Below, one piece after another: positions 23,436 to 32,774 of a stretch of DNA of 39,024 nt. Location: the IMG/VR virus record IMGVR_UViG_3300029858_000025; one strand, written 5' to 3'. The position numbers and the translations under genes were made by a program. The stretch's first letter is position 1; every line of letters starts with the position of its first letter. Origin of the DNA: a virus. Below the pieces are notes generated by a model. It ran no database searches. It saw only the letters and a program-made list of their open reading frames with translations, and had not been told where the DNA came from.

Positions 23436-26400
23436 ATGGCAAAGACTCAAGCAGAAGTAAGGGCGGCAAAGGACGCAAAATTAGGCATAAACAGAAATAT
23501 CCAAACGACAAAAAACACAACGAAATATAACTCTGCACCGAGCAACATCAAGGAACAGCGCGACCGTAAAGACGAGGCACTTGGCATTACCCGGCGCGAG
23601 GGCAGCACCTGGAATACCGGCAAAACCTATACAAAACCTACAGCGCAGTCCCTGCTCGACCAGTATAATGCCAATGCAAAGAAGCGTATTGAAGAAGCCA
23701 ATGCGGCCACACAGAAGGCAAAAAAGGAATATGACGATTATATTGCCAAGGAAGGCCGCATATACCAGAAGAACTACGGTGCGCCATCCGACAAGGCCAA
23801 CGAGCTGCAAAACAAGCTTAATCAGGCCCGTCTCGCCCAACGGGACGCAGAGAACGAGGCGACTATAACACGCCTTGCCCAGACATCTACACTGTACAAG
23901 GACAATAAGAACAAGAAGTCTAAGGTGGATATTGGCAGAACGACGGAGCTTTCCACAGGCATAAGGGCAAAAGAAGGTAATCTCACATGGGATACTGATA
24001 CCTATAAAGCCATGACCGACGAAGAGGTATCCGTCTATAACCGCCTCGCCAAGAACGGCAAGGAAAAGGAAGCAGAAGCCTTTCTGAAAGCGATAACCCC
24101 TACTCTGAACGCAAGGGTAACGCAGAACCGCCTTGAATCGGCACAGAAAACGGCGCAGGACGGCGTAATGGGCGGTGTGGGTGCATCTATCGCATCGTCC
24201 CTGCTAAAGCCTGTCACGGCCTTACAGGGCGGGATAAAGACTGTATGGGATTTTGCCACAGGCAAACCCATAGACACCAACGCCCCCGAATATTATGCCT
24301 CCAACCTCGCCAATACCTTGCGCAGTTCCGTAGCCGAAAAGATCGAGAACGGTGTGTACGAATCCACAAAGGGCGACTACACATACGACAGAACCGGTAC
24401 CCGGCGCATGACTACCGAGGGCGAGGCAAAGAACAACGGCAAGATTGCTTCATTCCTCTATCAAACCGGCATGAGCATGGCGGATATGCTGACCATGACT
24501 CCCTTCGGGCCTGTCGGCATGCAGGTAATGATGTCCTCCAACGCCGGCGTAGACACCATGATAGACGCGAAGAACAACGGCGCGACAGATGATCAGGCCA
24601 TGGCGCTTGGCATTGTATCCGGCGCAGCGGAGGCACTCTTTGAAAAGTTCTCCATAGAAAACCTGTTTCACGGCGGCGTATCTAAAAGTACTATCCTCGC
24701 GGCTCTCAAACAGGGCGGCATAGAAGCGTCCGAGGAAATGGCTACCGAGATAACTAATATCCTTGCCAATGAGGCCGTTATGGGTAACCAGTCTGACTTC
24801 AAGAAGGCCGTGGCTGAGTATAAAGAAATGGGCCTCGACGATAAGGACGCTAAGACAAAGGCGCTTGAGGAAAAGCTGCTCCAGGTGCTTGAAGCGGGCG
24901 CAGGCGGATTCCTGAGCGGCTTTGGCATGGGCGCGGCGGCGGATGTGATGAATACACAGTCCGCAGGGGCAGCCCTCATAAACGACTATGCCAACACTAT
25001 AGCAGAGGGCATGGATATAAACACATACCTCGAACAGGGTATGAGCGAGACCGAAGCAAATAGGGCAAGGCTGGCAGACGCAAAAAAACAGGCTATTCAG
25101 GAACTGTCGGCGGAACTTCAGGCAGAAGGCGCAGAACTTGAAAAAGGGACCGTTGCAAACAGACTATCCAATAAAGCATACACGAGCGAAAGCGACATAG
25201 GCCGGCAGTTCCTTGCCAATACCGAGGGAATGAGGCTTTCCAGCGGGAAAAGGGCTGATACTGATAACGATCTTACCAATGTTACTCCGGCGACCCGCGA
25301 GACGGCCAAGAGCCTTGATATGCTCGACAAGAGCAATATTGCGCGATACATCAACGAGATAACCGCGGCTCTGGACAGAAGCGCTGCGACTGGCAAGAAG
25401 ATACTTATCGGAAAGCCGTCCGGCATTCTTGCGGAGCAGATGAATTCCGATAACGTCTTACAGATGGATCAGTCTGTTGCGAGAAAGGTCGCTTTTGCTG
25501 ACAAAAAGGACGGCGGCAAACATAACCTTGGACGCGGTGTACTGGATGAGCTTCCATATCAACTTGCCGACCCTATGATAATAACGGGCAACACCACTGA
25601 CCATATTTCTAAAGGGGATACCAACAGCGTTGTTGTGTGGACGGACTGGCAGACCGAAAACGGCGATTCCGTCATAGTCCCCATTAGGATAGACGTAGAT
25701 GGCGCTATAGAACCATACAACAGCGTAAATTCCGTGTTTGACGCTTATAATCCTGCTTACGTTGCAGACCTGTTGAGAGATGAGAACATAAGGTACACGC
25801 GAAATAATAAAAGCGTCGAAGAGCTTCTTTCCAACAGGCGACAAGTGCCTGCCGCGACTCGCTCGGTCGACGCTTCCGACACCGAGGGGCTTCTTTCCAA
25901 CGGGCGAGAAGTGCCCGCCGCGACTCGCACCTCTGATGTCAATAACACCGTATCACAGGAAAGTGTTCGCGTCAAGGAGTACCTTGCGAATTTACGCAAG
26001 CCCACCGCACAGGAAACGTTAGCAGCTATTGCAGACGACCCCACGAAGGCGGAGGAACAGCTTAGCTTATCCGAAAAGGAACAAAACTTTGCCAAAAATC
26101 TCAGCCAGGCCGCACAGAACCTCAACATGGTCAACGCCGAGACCAAGGCTTTAGGGCGCGAATACTATACGCATTCAGAGGAAATGCCCTCCTTGCAGGA
26201 CATTCAAAAGAAAAACATAGAGGACTTTACCAGTGAGGATTTCAGCGTGCTGGCAAAGAATCTGCTCGGCAGCGGCAAGCAACGCCTTTATACCAAAGAA
26301 CCTTCCCGCGTATTCGATACGGTAGCCGGCAATAATAAGGCCCTGCGCAATACGCTGTATAACCTGTTCGAAAAGCCTTTTAACGAGGCGGGCGGCAATT

Positions 26401-29400
26401 ATGGCAAATCCCTTACTTCCTCAGTAGAATCCTATAAGGAGATCATGCGGAAGTATGACATAAAGCCTAAGAGCAAAGAAGATATAGCTGCCCAGCGTTA
26501 CGGAGAAGGGCAGTATCAGGGGCCGGACGGTGAAATGATGGAATATACCCTCGCAGACCTTCAGCGGGATTGTCCTGACACATGGGAGAACGTTAAGGGC
26601 TTCGCCGAGGCCAATAGACGGGTGTACGAAGATTACCTTAACCGCATAAATTCCATGATGGAGACCATCTACCCTAACATACTTGAGAATGCCGAGGAAG
26701 AATATCAAACTGCGGTATCCCGGCGCGACGTGGCGCAATCCAAGGTTGACGCCATGACCAGAGCCATAACCGAAAAACAGAACCGCATACAGCGGCTGCA
26801 GGACACCCGCAACAATAAACAACGGACCGACACGAAGGCTTTCGCCAAGATCGAGGGCAGTATAGCAGCAGAACAGGCGAAAGTAGACAGCATGAAAACC
26901 GAGCTGGTACAGCTGGAAAAGAAACTGCGCGTAGCGGAAATGAATGCGCAGGCTCAGCGGGCAGCGATAGACAGCGGAGCCATATATGAAGGCAAAAGGA
27001 TAATCCCCCGGAAGGACTATTTCCACCACGCGCAGGAAATGCTGAGCGATTACAGCGTGCTCGACTTCCTCAGGCCCAAAAACGTGACCGAGGATGTATC
27101 CCCCGCGCTGGCTGGCGTATCCGACCAGACAAAACCCAAATCCCGCTGGTGGGGAGCAATGTTCCACCGGGGGCGGGGGGCATACTTTGAGAGCGCCTCG
27201 AACGCCATGGCGAGTTATATCGGCATGGCGGAATACAAACTCGCGTATGACCCGCTTACCAACTATTATCGCAAACTGGAAACGACGATACGCGGCAGCG
27301 CAGATACCATCAACGCAAAGAACGCCTCAGGCTTTATCGAATGGGTTAAGGACTGGACGGACGGCATGAGCGGCAAAAGCGACCACGTTATAGACCGCGG
27401 TGTACAGAAGATACTTTCCCGCCAGACCTTGAACAGCCTGAATAATCTCAACAAGCGGGTACGTGCCAATAAGGTAATGGGCAATATCCGTACCATGATT
27501 GTGCAGGCATCAAATCTGCCTAACGCAATGAGCTATGTGACCAGCCCCAAAGCGTGGGCGCAAGGCATACAGATGCTTGCGGATTATCATCACAATCCTG
27601 ATTCCGAGATAGCCAAAGCAAGAGGACAATCTCAATTTATGGCCCAGCGCTACGGCAGCAACGCAATGGAGATTCTGGAAAGCGACGGGCTGAGCGCCAA
27701 GAAGCTCGCCGGCAAGGGCATGGAACTGCTTCAACACTGGGGTGATGAGCTTACATGGTTCTCTGCTTTTGCGCAGTATAACGAGAACCCACAGGCGGCC
27801 ATGTCCGGCATGAAGCGCACCTATGACAACGCCATAGACTATGCGGACGACATAACCCGCCGAAGCGTGGCAGGCCGAGGCGTAGGCGAGGGTGCACTGG
27901 TTAATAATTCAAAGGTGGTCAATCTGATCGCCCCGTTTCAGACCGAAATACTCAACCAATGGAATACATTTTTTGAGCACGTGAAGGATCTGAAGGCGAG
28001 CCCGCAGGCGCGAGCACGTGCCGCTGCCGGTCTCGCGATGTACGAGGTTACGGCCTTTGCATTCAACACGTTAGCACAGGCAGTGCTCGGTGACAAAGTC
28101 GTGGGCTTAGATTTTATAGGCGCTCTGGTAGATACCATAACGAACGCCATAAATGACGATGACGAGGACGAAGAAAAGGACGCCCTTGATTATGCCAAGG
28201 AACTGGGGCAGGCTTCTCTCGGAACTGTAGTGGACGCTGCTCCGTTTATAAACATAATCACCAGTTTCATGGGCGACGAAACCAGTAAAAATTTATTCGG
28301 CGAACATTCGCCTACCCGTTACGGCACCGGCAACATAGGCATACGGGCTGCGGCTGATGCCATGATGTGGGGCAAGGATACCGTTGAAACTCTTATCGAC
28401 ATGGCAGGCGGTAAAGCTACGGCCAAAGACCTGGACTGGGAGGGCGGCCTTGAAACCGCCGGCAATTTCGTAACGCCGTGGGGCGGCACACAGCTCGCGA
28501 GGACTGTCAAGGGCCTTGATACCTTCTTCAGGGGCGGCAAATACGACAAGAAGGGCAATCTGCAATACGCCGTGGCGAAAACCCCGTTCAACTTCCTTCG
28601 CGCCGCTACTCTCGGCCGCAGCATGCTGCCGGAGCAACGGGAGTGGGTAGCCAAGGGATTCCCCACGCTTACCCCGGAGCAGACCAAAGCGTATGGCGAA
28701 TTTAAAAAGGCGGGCGGCAACATAACCGCGTTTACGGACTTCAAGGCCAAGTATGATGAGCTCAAAAACAGCATCGGAGCGGACAACAGAGAGATAAGCA
28801 AGCTCGCCGACGAGATAGAAGCGGCCAACCCCATGCTGTCAGAGGCTCAGGCTAAAGAGCGGGCGCAGAACCAGCTCGGCAAGAAATACCGCAACGCCGA
28901 TAACGAATACCTTACCCTTGTTGCCGACAGCGACATGACGGACGAGCAGAAGCTTGCCGCCATGATGGCAATAGGAATGTCCGATGATGACATAAACAAG
29001 GTCAAGGGGCTTGTGAAAAACGGCGTTACCGTTGGCGAATACTTGAAGTACCAGAACCTTTACAGTTCTCGCGGGTCTACAAAAACCGAGGACAAAAACG
29101 CGCTCGTATCCGCGCTCATGGCTGATAAGACGCTCTCCGAGAATGAGAAGACCATGCTTGCCAACAGGATAATTGATGGCGATTGGGTGGTGGACTTCAG
29201 CAGCCAGGCGGCAAACGACATACTTACCCAGCACGGCAAGAGCAGTTATAACAAGTATCAGAAGGCCAAGACGGAAGCCGGGATATCCGCTGAAACGTAT
29301 CTCAGCTACGCAAATAAGAGCGATAACTTCATAAGCGACTACGACCAGTACGGCACGAGCATAAGCTACAGCAAAAAGGCTAAAGTAGTCGATTACCTCG

Positions 29401-29555
29401 AAAAAATCGATGCAAGCGAGGAACAGAAAGAATATATGTTCCATGAACTGTTCGGCTATACTTCAAGCTATCAGGCCCGCTTTAAGAAGCTTAAAGAAAT
29501 CGACGGCGTCTGGTGCTACGAGCACAACGGCGAATGGATAAGACCTACTTACTAA
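23436..29555 (+). CDS. Giant (2039 aa) virion-associated polyvalent/ejection or tape-measure-like protein
   Basis: Single uninterrupted ORF with coiled-coil stretches and glycine-zipper segments. Segment ~25390-25800 resembles polyvalent-protein nuclease-like modules. Confidence 0.8.
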   Translation: MAKTQAEVRAAKDAKLGINRNIQTTKNTTKYNSAPSNIKEQRDRKDEALGITRREGSTWNTGKTYTKPTAQSLLDQYNANAKKRIEEANAATQKAKKEYDDYIAKEGRIYQKNYGAPSDKANELQNKLNQARLAQRDAENEATITRLAQTSTLYKDNKNKKSKVDIGRTTELSTGIRAKEGNLTWDTDTYKAMTDEEVSVYNRLAKNGKEKEAEAFLKAITPTLNARVTQNRLESAQKTAQDGVMGGVGASIASSLLKPVTALQGGIKTVWDFATGKPIDTNAPEYYASNLANTLRSSVAEKIENGVYESTKGDYTYDRTGTRRMTTEGEAKNNGKIASFLYQTGMSMADMLTMTPFGPVGMQVMMSSNAGVDTMIDAKNNGATDDQAMALGIVSGAAEALFEKFSIENLFHGGVSKSTILAALKQGGIEASEEMATEITNILANEAVMGNQSDFKKAVAEYKEMGLDDKDAKTKALEEKLLQVLEAGAGGFLSGFGMGAAADVMNTQSAGAALINDYANTIAEGMDINTYLEQGMSETEANRARLADAKKQAIQELSAELQAEGAELEKGTVANRLSNKAYTSESDIGRQFLANTEGMRLSSGKRADTDNDLTNVTPATRETAKSLDMLDKSNIARYINEITAALDRSAATGKKILIGKPSGILAEQMNSDNVLQMDQSVARKVAFADKKDGGKHNLGRGVLDELPYQLADPMIITGNTTDHISKGDTNSVVVWTDWQTENGDSVIVPIRIDVDGAIEPYNSVNSVFDAYNPAYVADLLRDENIRYTRNNKSVEELLSNRRQVPAATRSVDASDTEGLLSNGREVPAATRTSDVNNTVSQESVRVKEYLANLRKPTAQETLAAIADDPTKAEEQLSLSEKEQNFAKNLSQAAQNLNMVNAETKALGREYYTHSEEMPSLQDIQKKNIEDFTSEDFSVLAKNLLGSGKQRLYTKEPSRVFDTVAGNNKALRNTLYNLFEKPFNEAGGNYGKSLTSSVESYKEIMRKYDIKPKSKEDIAAQRYGEGQYQGPDGEMMEYTLADLQRDCPDTWENVKGFAEANRRVYEDYLNRINSMMETIYPNILENAEEEYQTAVSRRDVAQSKVDAMTRAITEKQNRIQRLQDTRNNKQRTDTKAFAKIEGSIAAEQAKVDSMKTELVQLEKKLRVAEMNAQAQRAAIDSGAIYEGKRIIPRKDYFHHAQEMLSDYSVLDFLRPKNVTEDVSPALAGVSDQTKPKSRWWGAMFHRGRGAYFESASNAMASYIGMAEYKLAYDPLTNYYRKLETTIRGSADTINAKNASGFIEWVKDWTDGMSGKSDHVIDRGVQKILSRQTLNSLNNLNKRVRANKVMGNIRTMIVQASNLPNAMSYVTSPKAWAQGIQMLADYHHNPDSEIAKARGQSQFMAQRYGSNAMEILESDGLSAKKLAGKGMELLQHWGDELTWFSAFAQYNENPQAAMSGMKRTYDNAIDYADDITRRSVAGRGVGEGALVNNSKVVNLIAPFQTEILNQWNTFFEHVKDLKASPQARARAAAGLAMYEVTAFAFNTLAQAVLGDKVVGLDFIGALVDTITNAINDDDEDEEKDALDYAKELGQASLGTVVDAAPFINIITSFMGDETSKNLFGEHSPTRYGTGNIGIRAAADAMMWGKDTVETLIDMAGGKATAKDLDWEGGLETAGNFVTPWGGTQLARTVKGLDTFFRGGKYDKKGNLQYAVAKTPFNFLRAATLGRSMLPEQREWVAKGFPTLTPEQTKAYGEFKKAGGNITAFTDFKAKYDELKNSIGADNREISKLADEIEAANPMLSEAQAKERAQNQLGKKYRNADNEYLTLVADSDMTDEQKLAAMMAIGMSDDDINKVKGLVKNGVTVGEYLKYQNLYSSRGSTKTEDKNALVSALMADKTLSENEKTMLANRIIDGDWVVDFSSQAANDILTQHGKSSYNKYQKAKTEAGISAETYLSYANKSDNFISDYDQYGTSISYSKKAKVVDYLEKIDASEEQKEYMFHELFGYTSSYQARFKKLKEIDGVWCYEHNGEWIRPTY
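25823..25928 (+). repeat. Two 40-nt repeat units (37/40 identical) spaced 66 nt apart inside the giant gene
   Basis: gcttctttccaac(a/g)ggcga(c/g)aagtgcc(t/c)gccgcgactcgc at 25823-25862 and 25889-25928, encoding LLSNRRQVPAATRS / LLSNGREVPAATRT. Confidence 0.9.
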
Positions 29556-29566
29556 AGGAGGGACGC

Positions 29567-30598
29567 ATGGCAATACAGGACAACAAAATAACCACCTGGA
29601 CAAACCCCATCGTCAACGAAGCGGATCGCCCCCAGCGGTCCGCTGCTGACATGAAGGCGATATTCGACAGCAACAGTAACCAGCTCAAGAAAGCACTGAA
29701 CGGCCTCATAGACGCGCTCACTCAATCCGGCGGCGGCGACATAGGGGCAAGCGTTGAGGGCATGGCCGGAAACAACGTGCAGGCCCTTATCGCGGAGCTG
29801 AAGGGCTTGATAGACGCGATAGAGGAATACACGGACAGCCTTAAAACGCCCAGCGGCGCCGCCAACGTGGGCGCAAAGGTGAGCGGCATAACCGGCAACA
29901 ACATAGCCGCCGTCCTCGCCGCGCTGAAAACCCTCTGCGACAGGGTAGATACCACCGGCGACGGAGACCTGTTTTTAAAGAACGACGGCACTTATGGCCT
30001 GCCCACCGTGGGCAGCGCCGCAAACGGCCTTCCCATAGGCGGCAAGGCGGGGCAGTTCCTGAAGAAGGCCAGCTCCGTCAATTTCGCGGGATACTGGGGC
30101 GGCATTGTAGACGAGGCCCTTTCCGGCCTGCTGAAAGCCTCCAATGGGGAGTTGGCGGCGGCAGAGGCGGGCGTTGACTACCAGACCCCCCTTGTTTCCG
30201 GGACGGACTATCAGCCCCCCATAGCTTCCGGCACTTACGCCACCCCGGACGATGTTTCCGGGGCCGTGTCGGGGCATAACAGCGCAAGCAACGCACATTC
30301 CGCGCTGTTCAACAAAAAGCAGACCGCGCCCGCCCTCGCTTCCTCCCTCCCCGCCAGCGGCGCGGCGCTGACGGCAAACACCATATATAACGTATCCTCT
30401 CCTGTGGGTACATATGTGTTTACCCCGCCCGCTTCCGGCTGGGCGCACGGCACATTTAGCACGGCGGCCTCGGTTGCGGTGTCGTTTGTGAGCGGGGCGA
30501 ACTATTTAGGCGAGGCTCCGGCAATAGAGGCAAGCAAAACCTATGAATTTGACGTATACAACGGTGTGTGGGCAGTACAGGAGGTTGTGAGTGCATGA
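29567..30598 (+). CDS. Tail fibre protein (343 aa)
   Basis: ATG 29567 follows AAGGAGGGA. Internal repeats GASVEGMAGNNVQALIAELKGLID / GAKVSGITGNNIAAVLAALKTLCD are typical of fibres. Confidence 0.7.
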   Translation: MAIQDNKITTWTNPIVNEADRPQRSAADMKAIFDSNSNQLKKALNGLIDALTQSGGGDIGASVEGMAGNNVQALIAELKGLIDAIEEYTDSLKTPSGAANVGAKVSGITGNNIAAVLAALKTLCDRVDTTGDGDLFLKNDGTYGLPTVGSAANGLPIGGKAGQFLKKASSVNFAGYWGGIVDEALSGLLKASNGELAAAEAGVDYQTPLVSGTDYQPPIASGTYATPDDVSGAVSGHNSASNAHSALFNKKQTAPALASSLPASGAALTANTIYNVSSPVGTYVFTPPASGWAHGTFSTAASVAVSFVSGANYLGEAPAIEASKTYEFDVYNGVWAVQEVVSA

Positions 30599-30957
30599 TA
30601 GCTATGCTACGAAGGAGGCTGATGGGCGAAAAAAAGCCAAAGGAATACACATTGACTGTGAAGTGGAATTCCGATCCTGTTAACTGGTTCAGAGTGATAT
30701 GCGATGGTATACAATATGGTTATAAAGACGGAAATAAAACAATCAAAATCACAGAAGGATCAACGTTAGCTATATCTGCTAATCCGGTGAGTCACATACA
30801 TTATATTTACTTTAATAATCAGCTTGTTAAGATGTATGATGCAGATGATGTCAAATCCTACACTTGGTATTTCCCTTATGCTATTACGGGAGATATTACC
30901 TTCACCTTTAGGACGGAATCCAGCACCAAGTACAGCTACATAAATTGGAAAATGTGA
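30595..30957 (+). CDS. Fibre-associated small protein A (120 aa), low-GC cassette
   Basis: RBS AGGAGG. N-terminus MIAMLRRRLMGEKKPKEYTLTV is shared with the next gene. Confidence 0.6.
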   Translation: MIAMLRRRLMGEKKPKEYTLTVKWNSDPVNWFRVICDGIQYGYKDGNKTIKITEGSTLAISANPVSHIHYIYFNNQLVKMYDADDVKSYTWYFPYAITGDITFTFRTESSTKYSYINWKM

Positions 30958-31033
30958 AAGGAATAAGTGCACTATGCGTAAAATAATTCTATCGGGGGGG
31001 CAGCCTCCGTAAAATAAAAAGCGCCTATGCGCT

Positions 31034-31414
31034 ATGATACCCTTACAGTTTGCCTTACGGCGCAGAATGATGTCAAAGAGCAAACCTAAAACATTTACAG
31101 TTACGTTGACTGGGCAACATACTACCAGTATACGCGCCAATAATGCAATAAGATATAATGGCGCAGTTTATACCGGAGGAAGTTTTATTGTAGGCGCAAA
31201 TGAGGTCATAGGTGTTGATTATAGTACCTCTGAAAGAGGTTGGCCTACTGGCGGTGGCCTCGTAACAGTAGATGGTGCTGTTAAGGTTCCTGCTGGGGGA
31301 ATAAAACACGGAACATACAATTATACTGTAACGTCAGATATTACCATTCGTGGTGAATATCATTTAAGTTATGACGATTTCGACTTTGGTGCGAACTATA
31401 TTACTACTCTATAA
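31034..31414 (+). CDS. Fibre-associated small protein B (126 aa), low-GC cassette
   Basis: N-terminus MIPLQFALRRRMMSKSKPKTFTVTL parallels 30595-30957. No clear RBS. Confidence 0.5.
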   Translation: MIPLQFALRRRMMSKSKPKTFTVTLTGQHTTSIRANNAIRYNGAVYTGGSFIVGANEVIGVDYSTSERGWPTGGGLVTVDGAVKVPAGGIKHGTYNYTVTSDITIRGEYHLSYDDFDFGANYITTL

Positions 31415-31426
31415 AGGAGCAATACA

Positions 31427-31750
31427 ATGCTAAACACAAACTATGCCAAACTGGTGGGGGAGTATCCCGAATATTTACGCCTGCCGGTTGAGTTGCAATC
31501 GCCGCTTATAATCAACGGTGTGACGCACCCCGCAGGGGCGCACCTCTCCACCAATGACGATGCGGCAATAAAGGAGCTGGGCTATAAGCCCGTGACCCGT
31601 TCCCCCATGCCCTCAAAGGAGGGCTTTTATTATACGGAGAGCTGGACGGAAACCGACACGGCTATAGTGCAGGAGTGGGAAGAACATGAACAGCCCCCGG
31701 CTACTGACTATACCGAAGTCCTCGATATTATGACAGGAGAAAAAGCATGA
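31427..31750 (+). CDS. Hypothetical tail-module protein (107 aa)
   Basis: RBS AAAGGAG. ORF track. Confidence 0.6.
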   Translation: MLNTNYAKLVGEYPEYLRLPVELQSPLIINGVTHPAGAHLSTNDDAAIKELGYKPVTRSPMPSKEGFYYTESWTETDTAIVQEWEEHEQPPATDYTEVLDIMTGEKA

Positions 31751-32157
31751 TAGTACGCACGGCAGAAGAAGCAAGAGTATGGCGGGCGCAACTTGAAAAA
31801 GCACTGCCCGCCGTACCCGATAAGGACGCAAGCGGTTGCGTAGACCTCTATCCAACCTTAAAACAGAGCGGCAGTCTCATAAAAGCCGGAACCCGTATCA
31901 ACTGGAACGGCTGGCTCAAACAGGCCACCGTAGACCTATGGGATACCGAGGCCAACGACCCCGACCATGCACCTAACCTGTGGGTGAAGATAAACTATAA
32001 GGATGGTGTTCGGGTTATCCCTGACGTAATCTCAGCAGCCGAGGCATTTGCACTTGATGAGCTTGGCTGGTGGAACGGTGCGATATACAAGAGCCTCATA
32101 GCCGCCAACGTCTACACCCCAGACGCATACCCGCAGGGATGGGAACTTCAGGATTAA
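31747..32157 (+). CDS. Hypothetical tail-module protein (136 aa)
   Basis: ATGA overlap with the upstream gene. Confidence 0.6.
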   Translation: MIVRTAEEARVWRAQLEKALPAVPDKDASGCVDLYPTLKQSGSLIKAGTRINWNGWLKQATVDLWDTEANDPDHAPNLWVKINYKDGVRVIPDVISAAEAFALDELGWWNGAIYKSLIAANVYTPDAYPQGWELQD

Positions 32158-32158
32158 G

Positions 32159-32178
32159 GAGCCGCACGGCTCTTTTTT
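32159..32178 (+). terminator. Rho-independent terminator (gagcc-gcac-ggctc + T6)
   Basis: Stem-loop directly after the stop at 32157, followed by tttttt. Confidence 0.65.
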
Positions 32179-32219
32179 CATAATTAAAAAAACAAAAACA
32201 AAGAAAGGAAAAAATCAAA

Positions 32220-32774
32220 ATGAAGAAACTCACTTGTATCCTCGCGGCAATGCTCATGCTGTGCCTTTGCACCATAGCCTACGCTGCAGACCCCGTAACT
32301 CTGGATATAACCGCGCTGGACTACCAGACCGGCAAGGCGGTATCCAAGACCTACGTCAACAACGAGCTTTTCCTACTCGAGGTGGACCTGGGCATACCCC
32401 GGTTTTTCGACCTGACCGATATGGAGCTTATAATCGAACTGGACGGCGTAAAGCTGGACACAAACGACCTGAGATTGGAGGCTGGAACATATTACCTGAG
32501 CGGCATAGTTACCGACCAGCCCGCCGCTCTCCGTATAACCGTCAAGGACAAGGCCTACGAAAACGCCACCACGGCAGAAGAACTCTACAACGCCATGCAG
32601 AAAAACAGGACTGTAAGCAAGACCTACTATTTTAACACCGCGCAACCCGCCGAACAGCCCATTGCAAAAAATCCCGTGGTGATACCCAAGACCGGCGGCG
32701 CCTCCGTCCTCGCATATGCGGTATCCATAGCCCTGATAGGGTTCGGCCTTGCGGTAGCAGGTAAACGCAAATGA
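32220..32774 (+). CDS. Secreted cell-wall-anchored surface protein (sortase substrate, IPKTG motif)
   Basis: Signal peptide MKKLTCILAAMLMLCLCTIAYA. C-terminal sorting signal is IPKTGG (32682-32699) + hydrophobic ASVLAYAVSIALIGFGLAVAG + KRK. Confidence 0.8.
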   Translation: MKKLTCILAAMLMLCLCTIAYAADPVTLDITALDYQTGKAVSKTYVNNELFLLEVDLGIPRFFDLTDMELIIELDGVKLDTNDLRLEAGTYYLSGIVTDQPAALRITVKDKAYENATTAEELYNAMQKNRTVSKTYYFNTAQPAEQPIAKNPVVIPKTGGASVLAYAVSIALIGFGLAVAGKRK

